64,000 nt of DNA from Candidatus Zixiibacteriota bacterium (GTDB lineage: Bacteria > Zixibacteria > MSB-5A5 > UBA10806 > 4484-95): positions 1-64,000 of the forward strand of contig JBBIRK010000006.1 in assembly GCA_037441845.1 (NCBI GenBank), read 5' to 3'. The first letter of the stretch is position 1. Every line of letters begins with the position of its first letter. This document shows positions 38,220 to 48,373 of the stretch, one piece after another. Below the pieces are notes generated by a model. It was given only the letters and a program-made list of their open reading frames with translations, searched no databases and was not told the origin of the DNA. Made by a program: the position numbers and the translations under genes.

Positions 38220-39684
38220 CAAGTTCGTTTCGCCTGAGTTTCAATAATCCTCTGTCGCAACCGACCCAAAAGTATTCGCCGTCCGCGATTATGGAATTAA
38301 GCGATCTGCTTGGCAGGCCATCCGTATCGGTCAAGAGCGTACTTGTCTTGTCGCGGATATCATAGCGCCATAATCCGGATGCCGTGGCGCACCATATCAT
38401 CGAGTCGGCCGCATAAACCTGGCGTATATCCCGGCGGTGCGGCAAGGCAAAATCGCTGGCTACGAAAGAGGCTTCCGTTTGCGAGTCAACCACTACTACG
38501 CCGAAATCCACAGCAAAATATAGTTTGCCGCCGCCGCTGAATATATCCGTTGCGCCCGCCGCCAAATCTCCTGCCGGAGTATCGAGCTGTTCAATTTTCC
38601 AGGGGGCGTCTGCAAGACGATATACCGCTTGGTTAGTGGCTATTAAAAGTTTCCCGCCGAAAACCGATAAGTCGTTTATCCTCTGGCCAGGCAGCCTATA
38701 TTCCGCCGGGATGGCGACTGCTGACCCGCTGTCGGAGAGTTCGCCGTTAGCGGGCAATATTCCCAGTCCGTCTGTGGTGCCGATGAAAATGCGTCCATTA
38801 TACAGGCATAGGGCAAGCACTTCGTCCGACGGCAGCCCCTGAAAGGTCGTATAAAGTCTCATCCGATCATCGGAATCCTTTCGGATTAGGCCGTCTCTGG
38901 TCGCTATCCATGTATAATCGCCGGTCTCGACAGCCGCCAGCAATTCGGAGTTTCTCAGTTCAGCGACTGCTGTCTGCTCATAATATTTCCATTCGCCCGT
39001 TCGTCGGTCGAATCTGGTCAGCGCTCCGCCGGAAACTACCGACGGGGTTCCCATCCACAAATACCTGCCGACCTCGATTACTTTGGAGATCGCCGAGTTA
39101 TATGGTCCATACGGCAACAATATCAGATTGCGATAACGGGTATTGATCACTCCCGGACCGAGCCCCCAGGTTCCGATATACATCAGGTCGTTCTGGCCGT
39201 CGCGGATTCCGGAGGTGATACGGAAGGTTCTGAAAAACTGGTCCTGTAATACCCCGGCCTGATAACTCAGTCGAAACGGCGTAAACAGGCTCGGGAAAAG
39301 CGTCGATTTCCAGTCGTTTCGCTCCAGGCTGTCGGGGAATTCTGATTCCGCATACCACTCGGCGAAGGTCAGGTTATATTTCGCCGGGCCGTTCCGCGTT
39401 TGAGCCCACAGTTCGTTGAATTGCGGATCGTAGGCGAGTCTGATAATGTAATTCGAGGGCAGGCCGGCGCCTTCTGTCAGAGGATCGAGCCACCTGTTAT
39501 AAATTTTGCTGAACCTGACGATCCCGTCGGTCGTACCGAAATAAATCGTCTCCAAATCGGCTGCAATAGAGGTCACGTAGCGAAACGATGAATATCTAAT
39601 CGAATCTTGAATCCGACTTGCCGATAAAAACGCCGATGTCGATATCAGGATTGCAATGGATGATGCCAGAATCAATCTGCCCAT
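38206..39684 (-). CDS. Secreted beta-propeller protein (Reg_prop-like repeats)
   Basis: Signal peptide; GLPSxxI repeats and W/F-x-G/AT-xx-GL blades. Confidence 0.75.
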   Translation of the reverse strand: MGRLILASSIAILISTSAFLSASRIQDSIRYSSFRYVTSIAADLETIYFGTTDGIVRFSKIYNRWLDPLTEGAGLPSNYIIRLAYDPQFNELWAQTRNGPAKYNLTFAEWYAESEFPDSLERNDWKSTLFPSLFTPFRLSYQAGVLQDQFFRTFRITSGIRDGQNDLMYIGTWGLGPGVINTRYRNLILLPYGPYNSAISKVIEVGRYLWMGTPSVVSGGALTRFDRRTGEWKYYEQTAVAELRNSELLAAVETGDYTWIATRDGLIRKDSDDRMRLYTTFQGLPSDEVLALCLYNGRIFIGTTDGLGILPANGELSDSGSAVAIPAEYRLPGQRINDLSVFGGKLLIATNQAVYRLADAPWKIEQLDTPAGDLAAGATDIFSGGGKLYFAVDFGVVVVDSQTEASFVASDFALPHRRDIRQVYAADSMIWCATASGLWRYDIRDKTSTLLTDTDGLPSRSLNSIIADGEYFWVGCDRGLLKLRRNELDDSD

Positions 39685-39690
39685 GCAAGA

Positions 39691-39719
39691 ACAATATATC
39701 AGGCGGCAGTCATACGCAA
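39691..39719 (-). promoter_or_regulatory. Sigma70-type promoter (probably leaderless)
   Basis: TTGCGT-17 bp-TATTGT ending 6 nt before ATG 39684. Confidence 0.5.
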
Positions 39720-39800
39720 ATATTTTAACGGCGGCGCAGAGAGCAATTTATCCCGATTGTTTAGGATTATGGCCGCCGACACCGCCGAACATGCGATTTT

Positions 39801-40601
39801 TTATAGCCTGATTCTCAGTCCGATTTCCGGCCCGCGGACCGTTGCCTCGCCCAGATTTTCCTGCTTGAATCCTGCGAACATTTCAAGCTGTCTGAGGCAA
39901 TAGCCGATACCGATGCGGTAATCATTCATGTTGTGTCCATTTATCTTGGCAAGGCCGATCTGCAGGTTGGCGATCACCGGTGAAACGGGTGCGATATCCA
40001 ATTCGAACCCGACCAATGGACTCGTGCCGATATCGATCACTTTGCGGGCGCCGAATTTGATTTCGAGAGAACCGCGCTCGTCGGTCAAGAAGTTCAAAGC
40101 CGCTGCGTAGGAATGCATTTTCAAACTCGTTTCCTGTGCCAAATAGGTTTCCTCGAGCGCCACATAGTCGTAATCGAATCCAAAGCCGGTGAAAAGCTTC
40201 AGCTTGAGCCCGAGGCTTTTGCCTTTGATATCGTTCAGACCGCTGAAACCAGAGACTTCTCCCACGATATAAACCGGTCTGGATCCGGGGGATCCTTTCA
40301 CGTATAATCCCTCTTCGTAATAAGGATATTGCGCATAAGCATAGCTAAATCCATCGGGAATGGTATTGATCAGGATATGGAATACCAAATCGCTCCACAC
40401 GTCATCTTCGTCATCGTTAGTCACCCGTTCTGACTTCTGCTTTTTCCTTTTCAGTTCGTCTTTGGCATGTTCCAATTTTCCCGCTGGTTTTTCGGCGGCA
40501 TCATCTCTTTTCTTTTCATCGTCCCTGGGCGGTTTTTCCTGCGCCGTCGCCGCGGTCAACGACAGTATCAATGATAATATCAGTGCGCATAGGAGACGCA
40601 T
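39801..40601 (-). CDS. Hypothetical secreted/outer-membrane beta-strand protein
   Basis: Signal peptide, charged N-terminal linker, amphipathic strands to the C-terminus; TGATG coupling to upstream gene. Confidence 0.65.
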   Translation of the reverse strand: MRLLCALILSLILSLTAATAQEKPPRDDEKKRDDAAEKPAGKLEHAKDELKRKKQKSERVTNDDEDDVWSDLVFHILINTIPDGFSYAYAQYPYYEEGLYVKGSPGSRPVYIVGEVSGFSGLNDIKGKSLGLKLKLFTGFGFDYDYVALEETYLAQETSLKMHSYAAALNFLTDERGSLEIKFGARKVIDIGTSPLVGFELDIAPVSPVIANLQIGLAKINGHNMNDYRIGIGYCLRQLEMFAGFKQENLGEATVRGPEIGLRIRL

Positions 40602-42316
40602 CAAAATCTCATTTCCGTTCTTGCCGAAATCACCGGTGACTTATCGGTATCATCAAGCCTTTGGGAGATATTCAATCTCAGGAAATCCTCCATTAGAAAG
40701 CCGACACCAATGCCGGGTTTCAGCCCCATTTCGGCGAATTCCCTTTCTCCGAATCCTGCTTGGCCGAAATCGGCGAAGACCGCCATGGAAAATTCCTTGG
40801 AGAATTTCCAGTAATAGTCGACATTGAGCAGCAACATTCTATTTCCCGCGAATTCCTTGAATTCATAGCCGCGAATCGTTCCCTCGCCGCCCAAAAACAA
40901 CCAGCGGTCGAGCGGCAGTTCCTGATCGGAGTATGCGGTCTTTAATCTGATTCCCAGATATTGAGAAGGGGAAATCGGCTGATATCGCAAAGCCTCTATT
41001 TCCAAGATTTCGTAAGAAAAGTCCCCGCCGAGGCCGCCTATCGACCCTTTGCCTGCCGATTCGAGGAGAATGCCCAGGCGATTCCCGCTCCTGCCGGTTT
41101 TATTTTCCGGAAGATCATCCCAGACGACGCGCAAGCCGAGTTTCTTATGTTTTCCGTCCATGCCGATAATCGGGGCCGAATCGGGCAAAACCGATGAATA
41201 GTTTTCTCGAAAATTTTTTCCGCGTCCGAATATCGACCAGTTCGTTCGCTTGTCGATCGCTTCATTTTTCTGGACCGTATATTCAATTTGGATAAAATCG
41301 CCGCGGCCGAGATCGGCTCCGATATATCCCTGCCAGCCCCGGCGGAAATAAAAATCGTGGAAATCTTCCTTGAACAGGAGTCCTGCCAGAGTGTTTTCGC
41401 CATAGGTGAAATTGGCCAGGTCGGGGGTGAAAGCACCCCGATATGTTCTTGCTCCGAAATACGGCCGGCCGATAGCGCCTATCGCCTGTTTGAATCCGAA
41501 TAAGAGATCCCACCGCTTCAAAGCGAATGCGTATCCGAAACCGGATTCGATTTCGGGAAGCTCATTTTCCTTATCGGCGAAATCGACCTTAATCAACGGA
41601 GTAAAACCCTCTACACGATTATATCTGAACGAAAAATCGAGATTCAGCGTTCTGGTTTTTTCCACTTGATGATTTCGGCCGATACACTGTCCGGAAATCC
41701 GGGGTTTGTCATAAGCGAATATTTTTCCGAATGGGGCCACCACGTTGCCGCCTATGGAACTGCCGTCGAACAGGTAGATATCCCCGAAAAGCGAAACGAC
41801 GTCCTCGGTTATCTTGCCATAAACTTTTATATCACCGGTGACAGCAACCGCGTTACCTTCGATCACCTCGCCGCTCGCGATAGTCAGGTCCGATACGGAA
41901 ACCTTGGTGGAGGGTTCCTCGAGGTCGATATCGGCGACGGTAGTCTCTTTTTTCCTGAATTTCTGAAACGGAAGACCGGCGCTGATCGTGACTCCGTATT
42001 TACCGGAACGCGTAACCCTGAACCTCTTGACGTCTTCGAAAAAAAACTGCTTGCCATCGATTATGATTTTGTTCCCATCTATTACCAGTTCGTTTTCGAT
42101 ATTTGCGCCGGGAATGCCGGTAGTTATGATTTTCGGAATCGAATCGATCGCTGTTTTGAATCCGGTTCCCGGCCGATCGTCGATCGAAACCGTGATCGAA
42201 TCGTTACTCAAAAAAATTTTCAGCGATGATTTTTCCGGCGGTGCCGCATCCACCGAAATAGAGGATAGAGATACCCAGGCGAATGCGAATATGATTATAG
42301 CCGTATTGGTTTTCAT
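40601..42316 (-). CDS. Omp85/BamA-TamA-like outer-membrane protein with N-terminal bactofilin-like repeats
   Basis: Signal peptide; GNAVAVTGDIKVYG...GGNVVA repeats; RYNRVEG; LGGEGTIRGY..KEF.G, FADFG; terminal Phe. Confidence 0.72.
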   Translation of the reverse strand: MKTNTAIIIFAFAWVSLSSISVDAAPPEKSSLKIFLSNDSITVSIDDRPGTGFKTAIDSIPKIITTGIPGANIENELVIDGNKIIIDGKQFFFEDVKRFRVTRSGKYGVTISAGLPFQKFRKKETTVADIDLEEPSTKVSVSDLTIASGEVIEGNAVAVTGDIKVYGKITEDVVSLFGDIYLFDGSSIGGNVVAPFGKIFAYDKPRISGQCIGRNHQVEKTRTLNLDFSFRYNRVEGFTPLIKVDFADKENELPEIESGFGYAFALKRWDLLFGFKQAIGAIGRPYFGARTYRGAFTPDLANFTYGENTLAGLLFKEDFHDFYFRRGWQGYIGADLGRGDFIQIEYTVQKNEAIDKRTNWSIFGRGKNFRENYSSVLPDSAPIIGMDGKHKKLGLRVVWDDLPENKTGRSGNRLGILLESAGKGSIGGLGGDFSYEILEIEALRYQPISPSQYLGIRLKTAYSDQELPLDRWLFLGGEGTIRGYEFKEFAGNRMLLLNVDYYWKFSKEFSMAVFADFGQAGFGEREFAEMGLKPGIGVGFLMEDFLRLNISQRLDDTDKSPVISARTEMRF

Positions 42317-42373
42317 AAAATACTCCCGGTTATTTTAGGAAAGCCCATCAAGTTTCCGTTATTCAACTATTTC

Positions 42374-42399
42374 TACGCGGTTTTGAAATTAGAGTTACA
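42374..42399 (-). promoter_or_regulatory. ECF sigma factor-type promoter
   Basis: Minus strand reads TGTAAC-16 bp-CGTA, 57 nt upstream of the ATG. Confidence 0.6.
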
Positions 42400-42419
42400 A
42401 TAAAATTCGGAATGAATGA

Positions 42420-42445
42420 GGCGGGGAAAACGTCTTTTCCCCGCC
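42420..42445 (-). terminator. Terminator-like hairpin after the aminopeptidase gene
   Basis: Perfect 11-bp stem GGCGGGGAAAA/TTTTCCCCGCC; weak U tract. Confidence 0.6.
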
Positions 42446-42470
42446 CGCTCGGCCTTTCGTATAATTATAG

Positions 42471-43574
42471 TTATTTCAGGAATTTTCCGTTTTTGAAAAA
42501 CAATCGACCGTCGGCATATATGGCGCCGTCGCGGCGCAAATCGCAGACCATATCCCAGTGAAGTGCGGAGGTGTTTTTCGAACCGCATTCGGGATACCCC
42601 TTGCCGACCGCCAAATGAAAAGTCCCGCCGATTTTTTCATCGAATAGGATGTTGCGGGTAAACCTATCGATACCGAAATTGGTTCCCAGAGCGACTTCGC
42701 CGACGTATCTGGCGCCCTTATCCATGTTCAGCATCGTCTCGAGGAAATCGCCTCCACGGGCCGCCTTGGACTTGACGACCTTTCCATCTTTGAATTCGAG
42801 TCTGACGTCCTCCACTTCCCGGCCGCCGTATATCGCCGGAAAGGAGAAGCGGATACAACCGTTGACCGATTTCTCCACAGGCCCGGTGAAAACCTCACCG
42901 TCGGGGAAATTGGAAGAGCCGTCGCAATTAATCCACTTGCGCCCTTTCACCGAAAACGAGAGATCGGTGTCGGGGGCGACTACGCGGATTACATTTTTCG
43001 TTTTAAGATAATTAATCAGTTTCCCGTTGTAGGCCGAGACTTTTCGCCATTCTGAGATAGGGTCCTTTTTATCGAGCATGCAAGCTTTGTATACGAAATT
43101 TTCATACTCCTGCAGCGACATTCCCGCATCCTGGGCATACGCGGTCGTCGGGTAGAGCGTGGCGACCCAGCGTAATTCGCCCTTGGCGGCCCGTTGGTAG
43201 AATCTCTCCATCAATTTGGTCTGCGCCTTGCGCACCGTTGCCATTCGCCCGGGGTCCAGCGATGTCAAAAATCGCGTATTGGCTGATGCTCTGACTCCAA
43301 CATAGGCGTCTATCTTGTTGATTTCCAGCCATTCCATGGGCGGAATAAACGTCAACTGGTCTTTACTGGCGTTTCTCAGGAAAACCTCCTCAATCTCTTC
43401 TGCGCTTATTTTCGAGATCGGGTAGGCTCCGATTGCCAAAGCCTCGGCATAAAGTTCTTTAAGCAACGGCAGCGCCTGCACGCCGACCATTAGCCTTACT
43501 AACTGTTTAGGTTTCAGTTTCAGGCAGTAATGCAGCAATACGCGCGCCAACGATTTGATTCTCGGATCGGTCAT
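42471..43574 (-). CDS. Aminopeptidase, peptidase M29 (AmpT/PepS) family
   Basis: NFPDGEVFTGP, GEVALG, LFDEKIGGTFHLAVG, SALHWD. Confidence 0.93.
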   Translation of the reverse strand: MTDPRIKSLARVLLHYCLKLKPKQLVRLMVGVQALPLLKELYAEALAIGAYPISKISAEEIEEVFLRNASKDQLTFIPPMEWLEINKIDAYVGVRASANTRFLTSLDPGRMATVRKAQTKLMERFYQRAAKGELRWVATLYPTTAYAQDAGMSLQEYENFVYKACMLDKKDPISEWRKVSAYNGKLINYLKTKNVIRVVAPDTDLSFSVKGRKWINCDGSSNFPDGEVFTGPVEKSVNGCIRFSFPAIYGGREVEDVRLEFKDGKVVKSKAARGGDFLETMLNMDKGARYVGEVALGTNFGIDRFTRNILFDEKIGGTFHLAVGKGYPECGSKNTSALHWDMVCDLRRDGAIYADGRLFFKNGKFLK

Positions 43575-43602
43575 TAAATTTTCCTTTCTTTATTTATTCC
43601 GA

Positions 43603-43631
43603 AAAATAAATGACCGTCCTTCTTATGTCAA
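43603..43631 (-). promoter_or_regulatory. Sigma70-type promoter of the aminopeptidase gene
   Basis: TTGACA-17 bp-TATTTT on the minus strand. Confidence 0.6.
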
Positions 43632-43779
43632 TCAGGCATTTGGCAATGCCGATGACAGCCCGGCATCGTTATGGAAACATATCGATCGAAGCAGAATGCC
43701 TGTCGCAGTGTCATCGTGTCCGGCGGCCTGTTCCGAAACGGTTTTATGCTCATCAGGGACGGCGGTCTACCCGGGGTAA

Positions 43780-44205
43780 TTACGGTTCGAAAATTATCTC
43801 ATGCTTCAATTCAGCCGATTTATTGACGATAGCGGAGATCGAGCAGTATTTTTCCTGCGAAAGCTTGACCGCCTGGTTTGCTTTCGCCTTATCGCCGACA
43901 CCGAAAATTCGATAGGTAATTTTGATCCATTTGTAAATTTTCGGATGTTCGTCCACCGGTTCGCCTTCGATTTCGATCTGCAGATCGCGGAACGGCACGC
44001 GCATTTTATTTAGGATACTGACCACATCCACTCCGGTGCAGCCGCCCAAAGAAATGAAAAGCAGTTCCCCGGGCGTCGGGGCGCTGGCGTCGCCTCCCGA
44101 GGATTCCGGCGCATCCATGATAAGCGCCCTGCCGGAATTGGTCATTCCGGCGAATCTGAGTTTTTCGATCCATTTTACACGAGCTTTGCGGATATCCGGG
44201 GCCAA
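43780..44205 (-). CDS. OsmC/YhfA-family protein
   Basis: PTPGEL...LGGCTGVDV...KMR, KYCSI; AGGAG RBS plus TTG. Confidence 0.9.
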   Translation of the reverse strand: MAPDIRKARVKWIEKLRFAGMTNSGRALIMDAPESSGGDASAPTPGELLFISLGGCTGVDVVSILNKMRVPFRDLQIEIEGEPVDEHPKIYKWIKITYRIFGVGDKAKANQAVKLSQEKYCSISAIVNKSAELKHEIIFEP

Positions 44206-44249
44206 GTATTTCTCCTGAATTTTCGTGTTGTCTTAATGCTCAATATGAA

Positions 44250-45023
44250 TCACAGAGGGATTTTCAGCCCATCGAAAGCAAGCAGGGCCTTTTCGATTCC
44301 CGCTTTGCGGGCCTGCGAAAGCAGGTTGCGTCGATCCGCCGGGAATCTTGCGGGCAGATGAGTGAAAATCAAACGCTTGACTCCGCCATCGGCGCAAATT
44401 CGGCAGATCGAACCAATATCGCCGTGCATGCTTTCCACTATGGCGGTGTGGACTCCGGGCACCAGTCTCCTCAGGTCGAACTCGTCCTTTATATCCCCCG
44501 AGTAAAGAATGGTTTTCTTGCCGACGACGATCTTGAAACTGTACGATTGCATCTTGTTCGGGACCCCGAGATCGTCGATTATCCGGGCGTTGCTTTCGAG
44601 ATGCTTATTGGGGAAAGCATAAATCGCTAAGCCTACTTTTCGATAAACCGGGCCGGGTCGAATCGGTTTAAAACCATAAGAAAATGGCATTTTCTGCGGG
44701 AAAAGATAAAACATCGAGGCGGCCTTCGCCAGTCCGTCAAGAGCCTCCGCAGGCGCGAATATTTCGAGCCCGGCTTTTCGTTTTGCCAGTAACATCATCT
44801 GAAGTTCAAGAAATATGCCGCAGGAATGATCCGGGTGGAGATGAGAGATGAAAATTTTCTCGATTATTTTACAGTCGATTTTTCTTTTTAGCGCCGAGCT
44901 GGAAAAACCCTCCCCGGCGTCGATCTGATACAGCCTGCCCGATATATTAAGCAATATCGAGGAGCAGGCGCGGTCGGCGGCGGGGTATCCCGATGACGTT
45001 CCTGTGAACAATATCGAGCTCAT
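44250..45023 (-). CDS. Metallo-beta-lactamase-fold hydrolase, RNase Z-like
   Basis: GTSSGYP, IDAGEG, SHLHPDH, YSGD, FTHL; ATGA overlap with the epimerase stop. Confidence 0.8.
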   Translation of the reverse strand: MSSILFTGTSSGYPAADRACSSILLNISGRLYQIDAGEGFSSSALKRKIDCKIIEKIFISHLHPDHSCGIFLELQMMLLAKRKAGLEIFAPAEALDGLAKAASMFYLFPQKMPFSYGFKPIRPGPVYRKVGLAIYAFPNKHLESNARIIDDLGVPNKMQSYSFKIVVGKKTILYSGDIKDEFDLRRLVPGVHTAIVESMHGDIGSICRICADGGVKRLIFTHLPARFPADRRNLLSQARKAGIEKALLAFDGLKIPL

Positions 45024-45946
45024 CGCCTTACGATCTCCCTGAAATATGCCGCGGTTTCTTCGAGCCCTCTTCTCAAATCGTACCGGGGATGCCAGCCCAT
45101 GCATTCGTTGATTTTCTTGTAGTCAATAACGCTTCTTCTTTGTTCTCCGGGTCTGGCCGGCTGGTAGATTCGGGGTTGTTTCGATTCCGAAATTTCGTTT
45201 ATCAGATCGAACAAGGTATTGATATCGGTTTCGCGTCCGGTTCCCACGTTGAACGCACCGCAACCGTCATATTCGAGCGCCGCCAGGTTGGCGCTGACGA
45301 CATCCGCAACGTATGTGAAATCGCGGGTTTGTCGGCCGTCGCCGTAGATGACCGCCTGCCGGCCCGAAAGCAATTTATCGAAAAATATCGATACCACTCC
45401 CGCTTCACCATCGCCCCGCTGCCGTGGACCGTAGATATTGGCATAACGCAGGGCGATAAAATCAAGCCCGAATTCCATCTTGTAGAAACCGAGATATTTT
45501 TCAAAAGCGAGTTTGGAAATACCATAGGGCGAGCAAGGATTCAACGGATGATTCTCATCGGCCGGGAAAGCGATCTGCTCGCCGTAGATCGCGCCTCCGG
45601 TTGAGGAAAAAACCACTTTTTTCACGCCGTGGTTCTTGCAGGCCTGAAGCAGATTTATGCCGCCTAATATGTTGGCCTCGGCGTCGAATATCGGATCGGC
45701 GACGCTCTTGCGCACGTCCATCTGCGCCGCCAGATGAAAGACCACGTCGTAACGGCCGGCCGCGAAAACGTCATGAATTTTTTTATCTCTGATATCGAGG
45801 TGATGGAAGACCGCATCCGCCGGCAGATTCTCTTTCTTGCCGGTGAACAGATTATCGATTATCTCGACTTTCAGCCCCTTTTTCAGCAGGGCATCCGCTA
45901 CGTGCGATCCGATAAATCCCGCCCCGCCGGTAACCAGCGCCTTCAT
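45020..45946 (-). CDS. NAD-dependent epimerase (UDP-glucose 4-epimerase-like)
   Basis: TGGAGFIGSH, HLAAQ, SSTGGAIYG, YGISK, NIYGPRQ, QTRDFTYV. Confidence 0.9.
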   Translation of the reverse strand: MKALVTGGAGFIGSHVADALLKKGLKVEIIDNLFTGKKENLPADAVFHHLDIRDKKIHDVFAAGRYDVVFHLAAQMDVRKSVADPIFDAEANILGGINLLQACKNHGVKKVVFSSTGGAIYGEQIAFPADENHPLNPCSPYGISKLAFEKYLGFYKMEFGLDFIALRYANIYGPRQRGDGEAGVVSIFFDKLLSGRQAVIYGDGRQTRDFTYVADVVSANLAALEYDGCGAFNVGTGRETDINTLFDLINEISESKQPRIYQPARPGEQRRSVIDYKKINECMGWHPRYDLRRGLEETAAYFREIVRR

Positions 45947-45948
45947 TT

Positions 45949-47643
45949 TCAAAAATCCCTTTCGGTTATGCTTTTCAATCCGATCCTGATCGGTATTACG
46001 ATCGTCGCAGCGTTCAGCAGCAGTAGTAAAATGCCCGATATAATGAACTCCCTGGCCGGGAAATCAATCGTTCCGTCGATCGTATAAACGCTGTAACGGT
46101 ATGCCGGCAAGGCGATAATTATCACTGCCAGACATACGTAAACGAGGCTGATCACGGTGGTGATCGTTCCGCCCATCGATGAGGCTATTCGGCCGGGATT
46201 GCGTTCATCGAATCTCGGAAAAACGGCCCCCATTCCAACCGACAGGCTCGTCAGCGCAACCGACATCAACAATATGGAAAAAAAACTTAGGATCATCATA
46301 TATCCGGTCAAGCCGAGCATGATGTTTGATATAAAAGCAAGAATCTCGGCAAGCAACGCAAAAATGATAAACGCAGAAAAAAACTTTTCCCAAAACAAAC
46401 GTTTAATCGGCATGGGAGAGCTGGCGATCGCCCAAAAAGCGCGGCCCTCGAGACTGATATTGGGATAAACGAAACGGACGGCCAGCGTGGCCAGAATAAA
46501 TCCGGTGAAGGCAAAATTGGCGAAACTGATTATCGTCCGCCAGAATTTGTCGGTCATGTTGCCCGGAAAATGCCGCAAATTGATCAGATAAATTATCAGC
46601 AGGACCAGCAAAATCAAAAACTGCGCCCACTGGGCCGGTTCCCTGATAAAAAGTTTCAAATCCTTGGCCAATACACTCCGAAAATCACTGGGCAGCCATT
46701 GGGGCAGACCGAAAAATGCAGGCAGACTGAACTTGCGCACGGCCTTTTTCGGTGTCGTGGCATGTCCATAGGAGTTTTGCCAGCTGACATAATAATATCT
46801 TTCGGCCGCGCGAAAAAGCAAACGTACCGAAACCAACATCGTGCTCAACAGCGCAAACGTGTATAGCAGCAAGTCGATTCCCGGCTTGCCGGCGAGCTGT
46901 CGCAATGTCTGACTTACCCAAAAATGCGGCATGAACGGAAACGACGTCGCCGAAAGCGAACCCAGAAAACTGTTAAGCACTCGCCAGTCGCCGAGTATGT
47001 TTCTCGACAGCGTCGATGTTTGTCCGATGTTCAGATAGATCACGATAACCAGCGACAACAATGCCAACAGCCCAAGCACAACCGTTCGCGGTTTCAAATG
47101 GCCCGAGGCCAGATATACGAATATGATGACTCCCACACCCAGGCAACCGGGGATCACGGTGAAAGGCAACAGAATGAAACAAAACTCGTACAAGTATCCC
47201 CACCAGGATATGCCGCGTACTATCCCGTAGGCCAGAATGATCGGAACCCCGAGCACCAAAACGCCCCAAGTGGAATATAGAAGGTTATCGAGAAATCTGG
47301 CTATAAATAGTTGCCGATGCGGCAGCGGCCGGTGAAATAAATCTGTCGTTTCGCCGGACCGGTATAAAGTGGATATGGCGGTGATCGTATTCGATATGAC
47401 GAGCATCAGGAAAATCGCCAGGAACCCGAGGGAGATGATCCTATCCATCAACAGAATGCCGATCTCCCTGATTTTCGACAGGTAATCGAAAAGATACCAG
47501 AAAAAAAAGAGGGCGCCGAAAAAAAACAGGGCCAGCACCGTCGCCCCGACGATCGTTCGAATCCGCCTTTCAACATCCATCCCTCGAAAGAATGCGAGCA
47601 CACCGATGATCCTGAAACGCAGAATGTGGGTTACGAAATTCAC
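45949..47643 (-). CDS. ABC-2-type exporter permease (large, multi-TM)
   Basis: Many TM helices, KDLKLFIRE, ISLEG..FW; adjacent to ABC ATPase. Confidence 0.8.
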   Translation of the reverse strand: MNFVTHILRFRIIGVLAFFRGMDVERRIRTIVGATVLALFFFGALFFFWYLFDYLSKIREIGILLMDRIISLGFLAIFLMLVISNTITAISTLYRSGETTDLFHRPLPHRQLFIARFLDNLLYSTWGVLVLGVPIILAYGIVRGISWWGYLYEFCFILLPFTVIPGCLGVGVIIFVYLASGHLKPRTVVLGLLALLSLVIVIYLNIGQTSTLSRNILGDWRVLNSFLGSLSATSFPFMPHFWVSQTLRQLAGKPGIDLLLYTFALLSTMLVSVRLLFRAAERYYYVSWQNSYGHATTPKKAVRKFSLPAFFGLPQWLPSDFRSVLAKDLKLFIREPAQWAQFLILLVLLIIYLINLRHFPGNMTDKFWRTIISFANFAFTGFILATLAVRFVYPNISLEGRAFWAIASSPMPIKRLFWEKFFSAFIIFALLAEILAFISNIMLGLTGYMMILSFFSILLMSVALTSLSVGMGAVFPRFDERNPGRIASSMGGTITTVISLVYVCLAVIIIALPAYRYSVYTIDGTIDFPAREFIISGILLLLLNAATIVIPIRIGLKSITERDF

Positions 47644-47650
47644 GGTTCCC

Positions 47651-48373
47651 TCAATTATTGATCAATTTCAAGAAAAGGGACTCGAGGCTTGCCTCCGACT
47701 GTTCCGACAGGGACCTTAATTGCTCCAATTTGCCGGCGGCCACCAATCTGCCGCCGTTGATAATCCCGATCCGATCACAGAGTTCCTCGGCGATCGAGAG
47801 GGTATGAGTAGATATGAATACCGTATTGCCTGCTGCGGCATATTCTTTCAGCAAATCCTTTACGATTCGCGCCGATTGTGGGTCGAGACCCACCATAGGC
47901 TCATCGACGACCAGCGTCGGCGGGCGGTGAAGCATGGCGGCGGCGAACACGACTTTCTGGCGCATTCCGTGAGAGTATTGCTCGCATCTGCGGTCCACCC
48001 ACCCGTTCATTCCGAACAAATCGAACAGCTCTTCGGCTCGGAGGTCGATTTGCGGCTTGGATATTCCATACAGACCGCCTATGAATTCCAGATATTCCCG
48101 GGCTGTCAGCCGTTCGTATAAGTAAGGCGAGTCGGGCACGTATCCGATCAGCGTTTTCGCCCTTTCCGGTTGATTCTGGATATCGATTCCGTCTATTTCT
48201 ATTCTCCCCGACGTCGGTTTTAAAATCCCGGCAGCCATCTTGATAGTGGTCGTTTTGCCCGCGCCGTTCGGACCCAGAAATCCGAATAGCTCACCCTGTC
48301 CTATTTCAAGGTTCAAATTTTCCACTGCCGGTTGTTGGCCGAATTTCTTGGAAACCTCGATAAATTTAAGCAT
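47651..48373 (-). CDS. ABC transporter ATP-binding protein
   Basis: GPNGAGKT, YSHGMRQK, VVDEPMVGLDP, STH. Confidence 0.93.
   Translation of the reverse strand: MLKFIEVSKKFGQQPAVENLNLEIGQGELFGFLGPNGAGKTTTIKMAAGILKPTSGRIEIDGIDIQNQPERAKTLIGYVPDSPYLYERLTAREYLEFIGGLYGISKPQIDLRAEELFDLFGMNGWVDRRCEQYSHGMRQKVVFAAAMLHRPPTLVVDEPMVGLDPQSARIVKDLLKEYAAAGNTVFISTHTLSIAEELCDRIGIINGGRLVAAGKLEQLRSLSEQSEASLESLFLKLINN

Noticed and set aside
43632..43779. Possible ncRNA between osmC and the aminopeptidase promoter
   Set aside because: Only short hairpins; no SRP, 6S, tmRNA or riboswitch signature recognisable by eye. A covariance-model search would be needed to exclude one.
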